DNA of 64,000 bases from Felis catus (GCF_018350175.1 NC_058368.1:126172001-126236000), one strand, 5' to 3'; shown: positions 26,735-40,352, counted from the stretch's first letter. Translations and numbers: made by a program. Notes: generated from the letters alone by a model not told the origin.

Positions 26735-27511
26735 AGAAAATCTATAAATACTATTCAGGTTATTAATAAATTAAAAGGGAAAAATAAGATCATTTAAACA
26801 GATGAAACAAAAAGGACTTTTAGAAAATTCAATACCTATTTTTAATTCAAAAAGAAGGCAATAAGATAAGAGAATTTTGTTAATCTGATAATGTACATCT
26901 GCAGAAAACTTAGAATAAACATCAGTCTAAATAAGAAAATATCAGAAGGCTTCCCTTTAAATTTGGTAACAATAATGAGAATGCCCATTATTGCCATTTA
27001 CATTCAACATCTTATAGGAAGTTCTAACCAATCCAATAAGACCAGAAAAGTAAATGCTATGATTTTCTGTTTATAAATGCATATATAAATTAATAGAATA
27101 TTATTATAGATATCATAAATTCAGATAATTTAGTAAGAAAGCAAGGCATAGAATCAATTTTTGAAATCTTAAGTCAGTTGCATTTCTGTGCAGCAGTCAT
27201 AGACAACCAGAATATGTAATTTAAAAAGCATGATTCATACAACAAACATAACTATCTAAAAATTATAAATACCTAATGTTGAACAGAAGACACGAACTAC
27301 CTATATACAGAAAATCATACATTTTCTTTCCTGAACGATATTAAGAAGACCTAAGCAAATGAAACAGTAGCTCCTATTCATGGATAAAACAACAACAACA
27401 GCAACAACAACAACAAAAACCATAAACCTTAAGTGCATTGAGATTTTACTGCTCTCCAATCTGACACGTAGAATCAATGCAATCTAGTTTTAAAAAATCA
27501 CATTTTTTTCA

Positions 27512-27685
27512 GGAGGCACCTGGGTGGGTCAGTCAGTTAAATGTCTGACGGTTGATTTTGGCTCAGGTCATGATCTCATGGTTGTGAGATTGAGCCCCGC
27601 AGGCTCCAGAGCCTGCTGAAGATTCTCTCTCTCTCTCTGCCCTCCTCCCACAAAGAAATAAATAAACATTAAATAAATCAGAAAA
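27512..27685 (+). mobile_element. Can-SINE
   Basis: ggaggcacctgggtgggtcag...; TSD aaaaaatca(c/t)atttt. Confidence 0.88.
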
Positions 27686-27928
27686 AAATCATATTTTATT
27701 TGATGGAACTTGAAAAAGTGATGCATCTGTACTGAAATGCAAAAGGCTCAAATTGTCTCAGACTATCTTAAAGGAGAGAGTGGAGAAGGAGCAACAAATT
27801 GCTATTTCAATTTAACAAAATTTATTATGAAGCTATAGTGATTAGACTTTGTGGCTGGTACAGGTATAGACAAACTGAAGAGAGCAATAGAGCAGATACC
27901 CAGAGAACCACACACATATATAACTCAG

Positions 27929-28096
27929 ATATGAAAAATACAGCATAACATATTAGTAGGGAAAGGAGAAACTGAATATATATATGCATATACATATGCA
28001 TATGTGTATTTATATATATGCATGTATGCATATGTATGCATATATATTCACAATTTCTCCTTTCCCTACTAATATGTTATGCCGTATTTTTCATAT
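27929..28096. repeat. Long inverted repeat (43-bp arms, 1 mismatch) around a (TA/TGCA)-rich spacer
   Basis: 27929-27971 is the reverse complement of 28054-28096 at 42/43 positions. Confidence 0.92.
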
Positions 28097-28157
28097 GAGC
28101 ATATGAAAATATATGTATACGTATACATATATATTCATACATATACGAAAATATATA

Positions 28158-28205
28158 TCATGCTGCCGGTCTGTCATGCTGCCGGCCTGTCATGCTGCCG
28201 GCCCG
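28158..28205. repeat. 3 x 16-bp tandem repeat TCATGCTGCCGG(T/C)C(T/C)G
   Basis: Units at 28158, 28174 and 28190. Confidence 0.9.
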
Positions 28206-29240
28206 TGATGGAGGACCCAAGGGCACAGCCCAACAGACCCTGCTGCCACCGCCCGACGCCATCGTCCCCACACACCCCCACAACCCTTTCCCCTTCCCAG
28301 CTGCAGGGGTTGACCGGCCAGGCCCCACCCTCACTTCCAAGCGCTCCCCCGCCCAACACCAAGCAGCCTTGATGTATGAATATGCGAATATGAATATATA
28401 TTCTATATATATATATATATATGATCATATATGAATATGAATTTCCAACACTGGAAAGAGTCATACATCTTAATTTTTGTTATTTAAATGAATGTGAAAC
28501 AGTGGGTCATTGTGATACGTGATTTGAGTATTACGAGGTTGAACATATCACTGTATATGTATGTTACCTTACATGGCTGTTATTCATGACCTTTTCCCAT
28601 TTTTGTATTGGAATATTCTCTTATGCTGTGTCCATTCAGCATGTCCACTACTAATTACATTCCCCCAAAGAACCAATGTGAAACATTTATAGCACACTTT
28701 GTAAAAGAAAATCGTGAAAGAAATCTAGGTGCCCACTAGTAGGAGTGTGGATAAATAAAGTGTGACGTAAGTTACACAATGGAATCTTCTGTACTAGTGA
28801 CAATAAATGAATTTATAGCCTTATGAACAACATGGTTAAACTTTTTTTTGAGACTTTGCTTTTTATTTTGAATTCATAAAATTAGAATACAAAATTCCAT
28901 GGTAAAAATATACGCCAACCAAGCAGAAAGATTCAATTTTAGCCTTGATAGCAGTTAGAATCATAGCCTTCTAGAGGTTAATCTAAGCAAATAGACTTAC
29001 ACACTTTAGAAGTACATTCTACATGTTATTTTAAATTTTGATAATCTAACTAAACAACATTCTATATCAAAAATTTCATAAATGTTTTATAATATAAGCA
29101 TTTATAAAAGTTGCATAGGATTCTACTATATGTCTATATACTGATAGACAATCTTATTTGTTAAAAGTTGTGATTGAAGTAATATTTCATTTTCTGCCTT
29201 TTATTGGATTCTTCCCCTTAGCAAGCAAATATGTTCTCTC

Positions 29241-30312
29241 TTTTTTTTTTTTTTTGGTATTTTTATTTAATTTATTTTTTAAATTTACATCCAAGTTAGC
29301 ATATAGTGCAACAATGATTTCAGGAGTAGATTCTTTAATGCCCCTTACCCATTTAACCCATCCACCCACCCCACAACCCCTCCAGTAACTCTCTGTTTGG
29401 TCTCCATATTTAAGAGTCTCTTATGTTTTGTCCCTCTCCCTGTTTTTATATTATTTTTGCTTCCTTTCCCTTATGTTCAGATGTTTTGTATCTTAAAATC
29501 CTCATATGAGTGAAGTCATATGATGTTTGTCTTTCTCTGACTAATTTCACTCAGCATTAAACCCTCTAGTTCCATCCCTGTAGTTGAAAATGGCAAGATT
29601 TAATTCTTTTTGATTGCTGAGTAATACTCCATTGTATATATATACCACATCTTCTTTATCCATTCATCCATCGATTGACATTTGGGCTCTTTCCATACTT
29701 TGGTTATTGTTGATAGTGCTGCTATAAACATTGAGGTACGTGTGCCCCTTCGAAACAGCACACCTGTGTCCTTTGGATAAGCACCTGGTAGTGCAATTGC
29801 TGGGTTGTAGGGTAGTTCTAGTTTTAATTTTTGAGGAACCTCCAGACTGTTTTCCAGAGTGACTGCACTAGTTTGCATTCCCACCAATAGTGCAAAAGAG
29901 ATCTTCGTTCTCCGCATCCTCGTCAACATCTGTTGTTGCCTGAGTTGTTCACGTTAGCCATTCTGAGAGGTGTGAGGTGATATCTCATTGTGGTTTTGAT
30001 TTGTATTACCCTGATGATGAGTGATGTGGAGCATTTTTTCATGTGTCTGTTAGCCATCTGGATGTCTTCTTTGGAGAAGTGTCTATTCATGTCTTTTGTC
30101 CATTTCTTCACTAGATTATTTGTTTTTTTGGGTTTTGAGTTTGACAAGTTCTTTATAGATTTTGGATACTAACCCTTTATCTGATATGTCATTTGCAAAT
30201 ATCCTCTCCCATTCTGTCGGTTGCCTTTTAATTTTGCTGATTGTTTCCTTTGCTGTGCAGAAGCTTTTTGTTTTGATGAGGTTCCAAAGGTTCATTGTTG
30301 CTTTCTTTCCCT
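29241..30312 (-). mobile_element. Young felid L1, 5'-truncated (ORF2 C-terminus + 3' UTR + poly-A)
   Basis: Translations '[25 protein letters not shown]', '[28 protein letters not shown]' and 'WIKKMWYIYTMEYYSAIKKN' are L1 ORF2p motifs; T15 tail at 29241-29255. Confidence 0.95.
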
Positions 30313-31389
30313 CATGGTTAAGCTTTAATAACATTGAGTACAGAAAGCAAGTACTAGAAGGCACTATGATACCATTTTTATAGATTTCAAAATAAGTAAA
30401 ACAATATATTTTTATGCATGTGTGTGTGTATATATATACATATACATATATATATGCAATGTGTGAGGATGTGTGAAAAAGCAATATGCATACACAACCA
30501 TTTAGGAAGATGTACACATATGTATGTATGAATACGTTATACATGCAAACCTTTTGTAGGGCAACATCACATACGAAATTCACAGCAGTGGTTATCTGTA
30601 ATAGAAACACGAGAAGATGAAATAGAGAACATAGGTAAAGTGGGTTAATGGGAATGTTTTCATTTTTGGTTTTAGTGGTAGATTTATGAATATTATTTTA
30701 TTACGTAATAAACAAATAGAAAAAGTGCAATAAAAGAAAGTCATGTCTGGACAAATGATGGTAGCACTTTATGAAAACAAAGGGCTCTGATTAACCTAAT
30801 GCTATACATCATTTTTTTAAAAAGTTAAAGATATGGGCACACACACCAGAAAACAAGTACACAGAAGAATAAAGACATAGCACAAGACATAAACAAAAGG
30901 TAGCAACTTACCTAGTGCTTTATAATTGTTACCTAAATCCAAAGAAGGTTAACTGAATAACATCTATGACACTGGAATTTCTGAGATATTTAATTCACTT
31001 CCAGTTTTTTTTTCTATAATTGTTTTACACTGTGCCATAGAAATCATCACATTCGTATTGAGAGGGGAAAGATGCATCATTAGGGAGGGTGACCTGATTA
31101 ATAAGACATGTCTATTTAAACTGTTTGATGACAGTAGACAGATTCATATGGGTGTAAAGGCTAGGTCAGCTGTGAAATATCATATTTTAATAGAAAAATA
31201 ATGTGAATAATAATAGCTGAACTATCAAATAATTGCAAATTATTTACTTCATATACAATAATTCTACTCTTACTTGCATTTTAAAATGTGTTTGTGAATG
31301 AGAAACAAGTAGATGACATTCCAGAGAAGGGGAAGACAGGCTGCATAATACACAGCCTGGTTTATCTTCATTTCCCAGAAGGCCATTTG

Positions 31390-31925
31390 GTCCATGTAAG
31401 CATGGGCCACGGGAAGCATTTGGAATGAGATTTGGGAGGTCAGGTGAAGAAGATACGTTGCTTTATCTTCAAGAAGTCTGTGAATGACATCCTAGTATTG
31501 CTTCTTTCTGGCTTTTCTGGTCAGGAAACACAACATCTGGGTTCAAAGCTCCTATGGCTCCTGCCAAGTTTCCTGCTTTGGAGTCATGTATGTGGTTAGC
31601 TTTGTGATACAGGGCAGCCAGCATCTTGTACAGCACACCCCCATCATCACAATTGGAGGTGAAGCCAGTCTAATAAAGGTTTCGGACCATCCTTGTGGGT
31701 TGAGCTCAGTCTTTCAAATTCCATCTTGAGCTTGCTTTCCCAACTTGATGTTCATCTGCCCTTCTCTGATGCTTGACCTCTAGTCTTCAGACTTTAGCAT
31801 CAGACACAGCTTCACAAAGACTGTGAAACAACTCCTTCAACTGCATGACATCAAATCCCTATAATAAGCCATTGTTATATGCACTGCCTAGATCTTCTGT
31901 TTCTTTGACCACACCTGAGTATAAC
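31390..31925 (+). mobile_element. Old ERVL/MLT2-like LTR
   Basis: 3' end 'caaatccctataataagcc...ttctgtttctttgaccacacctgagtata' resembles MLT2/LTR67-type termini. Confidence 0.45.
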
Positions 31926-32481
31926 CCAACCCAGAAGATAATTACGAAGGCATGCTTTTCCACATGAGTTCACCCATCTCAGGTTTTGATTGGAGGCAAC
32001 CCGGCATAGCAGTCTTCGCAGTAAATTTGATCAAGGATCAAATTCCAAGTCCCCTGCTTGTGGTTGGGCTTTTCCTTCATTTCTCTGAGCATCAGTATCT
32101 CCCTGTATAAAATTCTGGTAATAATTCCTGCATTCAAAGGTTGATTAAATAACCCATTTAAGTCCTATATTTCAAGCCCCAACCCAGTACCTGGCTGTTG
32201 GTAAAGGTTACTGTCCTTTGTTCCCAATCCCAGGCTTTGCAGTCCTTAGAAAACTGTTGGATGCCTGAACTCATGCAGTTCATGGGATCTTTTACATAAT
32301 TAACGGACTGTTTCATTTCTTTGCATGAGCTCTTCTTTACATATTTTACAAAACTACAGGGAAGATATTTAGTGGATTTTCTAAACATATTGGAATATAT
32401 TTCAGACCTAGGTCTCCACGGATTTGAAACTTGCTTCCCATGATGATTTCTGAATTATGGGAGAAGTTAAAGAAGAGTTGC

Positions 32482-32704
32482 TTTTTAAAAAAAATTTTTA
32501 ACATTTATTAATTTTTGAGAGACAGAAAGAGATAGAGCACAAGCAGGGGTGTGGTAGAGAGAGAGGGAGACACAGAATCCGAAGCAGTCTCCAGACTCTG
32601 AGCTGTCAGCACAGAGCCTGACAAGGGGCTTGAACTCACAAGCTGTGAGATCATGACCTGAGCCCAAGATGGACACTTAACAGACTGAGCCAGCCAGGTG
32701 CCCC
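32482..32704 (-). mobile_element. Can-SINE (SINEC_Fc type)
   Basis: Full-length antisense element ending ccaggtgcccc. Confidence 0.92.
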
Positions 32705-33699
32705 AAGAAGCAATGTTTTTATTCACAGAAGTATGAATAAGCTAAATTCTAAGAATACATACGGCCCAAAATAATGAAAAACTGGCAAACCTGGAAAAAC
32801 TCAAATGCATTCCACGGAAGTGACCTAAATGTGTGTGTTTGTGTTTTGTTATCTTACTGAAAATCTTTTTGGGATGCATGATATCTATATCCAAAAATTC
32901 TTTCTGCTTCAATATTGAAGCTGCCATTTGGTAAGTTAGGTGCCAAAAGAGACAAAGAAGCTGTTTTCCAACCGTTAGAACGGTCTGCTATGCCCTCTTA
33001 AAACGATACATCTTGCCACTCAGCCTTGAAGCCACCTCCCATATACTGTATTAGAACAGTACAATACTGTAAGAGGCACAAGTAATATGGAAAATCCCCA
33101 CCCCTCCCCCTGCGTTGTTTTCCCTAGGTAACATAGGAGAAGTTTTCACAGAATTATGTGGGTTTTATGAAGATGAGTCAGTCTTAGAAAGAGCTCGACA
33201 TCAAGGAATATTTGAACCTGTGGTTTTTGCACTGATTGTGACTGAACCTCATGTACAAATAAGATGTTTGGTTATGATTTGGTATGTATTGAGAGTTAGC
33301 CTCAATAAATCATACTGAGCTCTGCCTCCCTCCCCAGGCCTCCTCCATTCAGAGAGGGCTTCTTGAGGGCGCTTTGCAGATTCCCTGAGGGCTCTCAGAC
33401 ATTCCTCCCCCTGACCCCAGAGCTCTGGGACATTCCATTTGAAAATCCCCCTTTAAAGACGAAGACAGTGTGCAAGTTGCTGGACTGAAGACACGAGAGA
33501 CCTAACTTTTTGTTTTTATTCTACCTACTCCTTACTGAACAAGCCTAGCCAAGCCACTTCAGTATCTGGCATTCTTTTCCTGGGGTTAATACCATTTGCC
33601 CTCTCAGGGTTATCTTGTTGATCAAGTTAGGAAATGCATGAGGAAACACTTCTAAAGCTTAAAATGGAAAGTAAGTTCTTTGCACTGACTTTTCCTCAA

Positions 33700-34380
33700 G
33701 TCCTCAAATGATAAGCCTTCTCCAAAACTATTTTTCCCCACCCTTACTTTACTTCTTTCCCTACATCAGGTCCCCTTCTCTGGTGATTTCAATCGCACTT
33801 ACAGCCTAAAGTGTCAACTCAAGGCATATGATTCTCAGGCTTAGGTCTGTACCTCTAAATCCTTTTCAAATTGCACTTGAGAACTTCCAGCTGTTTTATA
33901 GACAATATGTATTGCCGACCTCTCAAATTCACCAGGTTTAAAACACCTTTGCCACGTCCTCAGTTTCCCCCAACTCCTCTTCATAATTTCCCCTTTCTTC
34001 AGTGTATATTGCTGCAACCATAGAGACGAAAATATCCTAAAAATATTTTGGCCACTCTTTCTCCCTAGCCCCAAGTCCCCACATGTAGCTTCAGATTTGG
34101 TTAATTCTCCTCGCACATGGTCCTCCCTTTTCATCCATATCACTGGGTCCATCCATGCTACTTCTTTCAGGTGTTCGTTATGTCATGCTTGAATCACAGC
34201 AACTGTTCCCTGATTGATCTCCCGATCTGGCAAAATACCCACAATTCAACAAATCATACACACCCATTCCAAGTAACTTTTAATAAAATGAAGCATGGAT
34301 CATATTGCTCCCTTGCTTCAAGACATTTAATAGCTTCCTATTGCCTAAAGAATACAGTATCAAATTTCTTGGTGTTGGTG
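33700..34380 (+). mobile_element. Degenerate L2 fragment
   Basis: 'gatcatattgctcccttgcttcaagacatttaatagcttcctattgcctaaagaatacagtatcaaa' is typical of L2. Confidence 0.55.
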
Positions 34381-35739
34381 GGTGTTGTGTCTTAGAGGCA
34401 CCTATGTATGTATGCTAAAGGAAATAAGTAGTAATTGTTACATACTGCTTACCACTTTCTCTGTTAGATCTGACTACTTCTGCATTCTCAAACCATGGAG
34501 GACAGTAAAGTCTGTCCACAGGTATTCCTAGTTAATCTTATGAAGTTTAAATTCACCCATTTCCCCTCAAATATCTGATGTCCTCTTTGCCTGTGTTATT
34601 ATTTCTCAAAAACATTTTCTGCTCAACTGTCTATGTGGTTTGTCCCTGTTCCTCCTTATACCTGAAGTGTTCATATTTGCAGATTTCATGGGCAGATGTT
34701 CACCCTGTGTTTGGAATGGAATATGCCCCCCAAATCCAAACCTGGAGCTGAAGCATACACTTGCATATGGAGCAACTAACACAGCACAAGATCTCATTTT
34801 TGTTTGGAAAGGAACTGAACATACATAAAGATTACATCATCCAGTGTGTTTAAATGCATATAAAATAGCCTAATTATAATTATTGGCCGATGTATTTTAG
34901 AATTTACATGACAAAGAGAGTTCACTTGTAAATTCCTTACCAGAAAAACATTCTGTGTTAGTATATAAAAATAATTCTTTAAAGATGTTAAAGCAATGCA
35001 CTGGCATGTTATAACAGCATCAGCATAGGCATGTATAGAAGATGATACAAGAGCTATGTAGGAGTTAAAAAGACCAAATATTGCCCTGAATGAGGACCTA
35101 GTTAACATAAGCCTGCATAATGGCAATAAACATATCTTTGCAGTTTCTTTCATGTTTTAGTGAAGGCCAAATTTCAAGAAACAAAAATGTCATGGAAAAT
35201 GGTAGATGATGACTTCTCCCCTTTGTAGACAGAGAGCCAAGCCATCCATTTAACCATCCTTTCCCCATTTAGCCCACCGAAATACCCTTCATGGTACTTC
35301 CAAATGCTTTGTGTCCTTACATTTTAAAAGAAGCTATTTCCAGAGACCGTTAAGGCACAGTGCTCCAAGCTGTTGTAGTTGCTACCACTCATTAGCTTAG
35401 ACAATGTTAGGAAAGGGAAATGTGCCCTGCATCTCCTCCTCTGTGCCAAGGACAATGTAAAGCTAGAACTTTGGATAAAGGGCAAAGTTTGTTTGTTGTT
35501 TATCCATCTGAGGAGGAAACTGACACACTCTAAAAGGTTTATGCAAACATATCAGCGAAGGGAACATATACGAAGATCTAAGTATGGTTAGTGAGCTCGT
35601 GACACATAATGACTATCCCAGTACCTGACACAAATAGGAAGCCATTACCAGCCCTAGATCTAAAGCAATAAGAGGCGGAAACAGTTACCAAATGCTGTAA
35701 GAGGCGGAAATGGGGGAGCTGGGTGGGGCTGCATGACTA

Positions 35740-35910
35740 GAGCTCTGGGTCTAGAAGACGTTCTGATTCCCCACTCACAATTCCCACTGGCCAAACCAAA
35801 AGGGTAGCAGAGGGCAAAGGAACCAGGGAGATTTAGTCCATAGGGGTCACTCTTCAGAGCAAGGCAGAGAGCAGTGAATAATGGATAGAGAAGAGGCTCA
35901 GGGAGGAAAC
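35740..35910 (-). mobile_element. ERVL LTR33-like fragment
   Basis: 'cccactggccaaaccaaaagggtagcagagggcaaagg...agtccataggggtca'. Confidence 0.45.
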
Positions 35911-38900
35911 AGAGAAAAAAAACTAGCACCCTCTTCTTCTGTAAGGAGCTTGGCAACTGCATTAAACAATAGAAAATATTACAAAGGAGCATATCTGTCC
36001 TAATAACTAATTGTAAGTCTTATTGGTACTAATAAATGTAATTGATGCAGTGCACTGACTCACAGCAAGGCCAGTAGACTTGGCGGCCTTAATGATTTCT
36101 GAGGATACAATGATACATACAGAGTATCTGTTCAGCACTTGAGTGGCTAAATAATTTTTAGAAAGCCAATATGTGGAATGATGGAATAGAAACAAAACCC
36201 CAGGCATGTCTACGTACTCAACCACACAGCTACAGTCAGCTGTTCAGACATGTGCATCATGAAACATTGAAATTTGGAACAAGATGGAAATCCCTGGGGA
36301 AGTTTTCCCCTCTGCTGCATTGTGGATGGGAAATAGTTAATTATTTTCCTATTTCTGAAGATAACTAACTACACTCATTCTGTCGCCCTGAGTATAATTG
36401 TCACTATGAATACTAGGAGTAAAATTGACAAGATCTTAAAATCATGAACCAAATGATTTAGTTTAAATGATTGTTTAAAGCCAACTTTAAATTATATTTA
36501 CTTATTCTAACATAATAACTTATTGTTTAGTCTTCATTAGCCTATGTAATCTAGATGAAAAAATGAGAATACGCGGAAGTTAAAAGCTGTGCCCAGAGTC
36601 ACACAGTTAGTAAGTAATAGAACCAGAATTCAAATTGGTTGATAACCACCAGAATCACCTATGGATTTCTTTAACACAGAGAACCCCTGAATCCCACCCT
36701 GTATGTACTGAAGGATCATCAGGATGGGGTTAGGAGTGAGCAGTGGTGACATAAAAATTGACATCTGTACTTTTAAAGGCTCCACAGCAAGACTGATGTA
36801 GTGGCAGGGTCATAATTGCTACAGATACAAACTGGCCAAACTTTGAAACAGCAGATTCTAAGGAGCCACCACATTCAGTTCTTGATTGATTCTCTGTCTC
36901 CAAGTGGGTCATCAGTTACAACCAGGAATCTTATCAGGTCGAAATTTTCACGGAAGCTATATTTGGAGTCATGCCCTATTATTGTCAGGTAGTGAAATGC
37001 ACTTTAACAAAACGCTTTCTCTAAGACCTGATGTGAAAGTTCAAAAGTCTTCCTATTTCATCTTTCTGTGCATTACAGTTTGCATGGAAAATAGGAACAT
37101 GGTGAAAAGAAAAACACTTAACTTCAAGTTCTGGAAATGACAACTGGGCACCATTCATCTAACTTCTATTTCTAACCCTGGGGTTATCGCAGTAACACAG
37201 CTGCAAGTGAAGACAAACATAAATTCAGAAATAAATATTTGAAGAGGGAGACAAGATCCAGCCATCATGGGTTCCCATTCCCTACTCCACTAAAACATGC
37301 AAACAAACAAAAAATCATTAGCTTCAAATGAAGACTTCTTCAAAGGAAGGAGGACACAACCAAAATAATAAGAGGAAAGCATAATGCACTGTAGACCTGA
37401 CAAATTGGGAAATTCCTAAGATTGATATAAGGCAAATGACAGAGGAGCTGCCTTATTACTCAGTTTAATAAAGTGCCATGGAAGAGTGGAAGGACTCTGA
37501 AGAGTCCCCGGGAAGTGGAAAGACTTCCACACCTGGATTTTTGGACTCAGACTGACCCTGAACTAATATTCTTTGTCTGTCCTTTATCTCTTTCTAACAA
37601 CTTGCTGGAGTACTTTGATGGTGGTATAATCTTGTTTAAGGGAAGGAGTTTTTTAAAACAACAACTCATCTTCCTTTGTACTCATCTTTAAACTAGCCGA
37701 CGTTTCCCACCAGATTATTGTTAACCTCTCTGTACAATAGAATAAGATTTGAAATCTGGTTGCTCTTATGCAAAATTAGTCGTCACTAATACAAAGTGTA
37801 CTTTTTGTTGAGTTTTAAGAGCTGGTATGCCATTCATCCTCAAATGAAAGAAAAAAAGAAAATCAACAATAATCAAATTTCTTCCTAATGGTTGGATGGA
37901 AGCCTTCTGGGAGATGAGTTGCATTAATTCAGGATTGTATTATGGTAAGATAGATAAAGCACTATGTTGACTCAAATGGGATACTACCACAAGTAAAAGC
38001 TATCACTTGAACAACATAACTGCCCACACACCACAGATGTATTAGTGAGTACAGAAGAACTTCATGAGGAGTAGAGTGCATAAGGACAAGGCCATTCAGG
38101 GTTTGTGACTCAGAAGGTTGTCCTGGTGCCTGGCTCTCTTTCCTAGTGTAATCCTCCCATTTCTCCATTCCTTTCTAAACAGAAGCTGAAGGAGGAGTGG
38201 TCAGCCAAACCAGGTAGAGCTCGACCTTCTGAGGGCATGCTGCCTCCTTCCATGCTGTCCCCACTGAGGTTAGAGGACCAGTTTTCCTTCAGACATGGCC
38301 ACCTCTGATCATCTGACTGAAAAAGTTCTTTGGCTCAGTCCAGCTGTACAAACCACGGAGGTGATTGAGAAAGACATTTATCTAAGAGAAGTTGAGAATA
38401 TTATGGATAATATGAAGGTATATTATTATGTACAATAACATATATAATGTAGAGGAAGTGTGATTGACTGGGAAGAGAAAAGCAAAATAACTGCAGTATT
38501 TCAGAAAATACCACACTCCTTTATTTGGCAAAACACTGTTTTCTACCAAAATAGCCTCATTCCATACTTCCTTGAATATGTTTAATGAGATTGTTTCTGA
38601 AATTTGCTCAATTTAAGGTTTACCTCTAAACACCTTTTAAAGATTACTGTCAGATTTGGGGAAATTAACTTAAATACACTTTTTCTTTGACAATTAAACA
38701 GAGTCAGATACCCCTGAGAATTCCTCAAACTTGTATTTCTAGCTCTTTTTTCTCTTTCCTTACATAATAAAGTATAGCCATTATCTTTTCCATTTTGCTT
38801 ATTTGAAAATAACTAACCTTAAATATTTGAGCAAAATACATTTTGACTTAAAAATATATATATTTCCATGGACTCCTTAAGTCAGTTCACATGCTCCTCA

Positions 38901-40352
38901 AGGCACTGTGTTACTTGTGTGTCCTCAGAAAGAGCTTTGGCACAAGAAGCAGAGTATGCCAACGGCTGGCAGCAAAGGAGGTGTAGATCCATTGTAAGAG
39001 ACACCCACAGCAATAACATCAAGCTACAGGCAAATTGTAATTAGGCAAAGAATGTTCTCTTCTGTATTCTTCTCTTAAAAACACTAGGGAGATCGGCTTT
39101 AAAATGCAGAGTTATATTAAGACACATTTGTCATATATTCTTATTGAATCACCTAGAATATTTTTGGTTTGATGTCTTGTTACACAACTAATACATTCTT
39201 CTCTGTTCACCAACTTGTGTGGCTGAAAGAATGATGATATGTGAAATGTAACTTGGAACCACAAATCTAAGGAACTCAGTCTCTTAAGCAGGCATCAAGA
39301 CTTATTTCAAGTAGCTGTGCTGTCTTAGGGCCCAGATAGCATCTCAGAAAGTCACCTGGGTACCTTGCATTTTTTCCCACTGTGCTTTAATGTAGAAGGA
39401 AACAGAGGTAACAGCAGAACTCAGAACTCATCCTTATCTGCTGAAAATATTGCTCAGATACCAAGGGAGGGAACTCACACAAATCCTTGGCAAGAGCATG
39501 TTAACCATGAAAAAAGGTAGGGGAACTGAAGTGAATTTCATATTAAAGGAATAGCAGTTGTTTCTCAAAGGAAGGGTAAATCAGTACATGCAGTTAGGGA
39601 AAAAAAAAACAGATCATTCACTCCGTTCATCTTAGTTAATAATCTTTAAAAGCTACAAGGAAGGTAACTCCCTCAGTGAGCTAATGAAAAGGACGAGTCT
39701 GAGGAGTGACTATTAAGGAGGAAGAGTAGAGCCAAGATGCAAAACATCTTCCAGGGCTACAAGGCCTACCTAAGTGGATAGAAAGGAGTAAGGGAGAAAG
39801 TCCATACTTACTCCATATTTGCATGTATCAGGTACAGTTCTGCATATTTTCCATTTACTATTCTAACTGCAAAAAACATAAATAATATATAATTTCCTGA
39901 TTCAATTGGTGAGTAAATGGACGTTTAGAGAAATTAAGTACTTTCCTAATGTCTCACAAATGCTAAGTAGAAAGTTTGCCTTTAAAGTTGCCTGCCTAAC
40001 TAATTTCAAAGCCTATTTTCTCTCTGTAACAAAACCAACACCAAATGGAAAGCTGATTGTTTATAACGTCAGACAACTTTCACTGAGAAAGGAAAATGAA
40101 GTCTCAGGATGTTAGGAATCTTGACAGTTTCCAAGGATTTCCAGTAATCACTCCTATTCTCTCCACAACCATATGTTCCTACCCCCAGAACTTTACATTG
40201 TTAAGAAAATAGTGAAAAATACATTTTGCCCCTAGGCATTCATGATGCAAGAAGTCAAAATCAAAATCAAGAGTGGTAGAGTTTTCTGAAAAGATAGAGA
40301 TAAAAAAAGAATGAGATTTGTGAGACTGTAATTTTAAAATAAAAGTTATTTT

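Larger units (their letters stand above)
24120..30720 (+). mobile_element. Old, fragmented, near full-length L1M host element (interrupted by SINEs, a young L1 and a rearrangement)
   Basis: 5'UTR-like start ~24120, ORF1 remnants ~25020-25320, endonuclease-region remnants ('aagtaagctggagtagctatatt'), RT-region remnants 26400-27970, and 3' end at 28635-28845 resuming at 30313-30720. Confidence 0.65.

Noticed and set aside
28158..28205. 16-bp repeats as a CRISPR-like array
   Set aside because: Head-to-tail units without spacers, in mammalian DNA with no cas genes.
28079..28464. Overlapping ORFs on both strands across the GC-rich insert
   Set aside because: Explained by stop-poor GC-rich and TA-repeat sequence; no protein similarity.
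33415..33431. 14-bp palindrome cccagagctctggg
   Set aside because: An isolated palindrome of this size is not far from chance expectation in 64 kb and has no supporting context.
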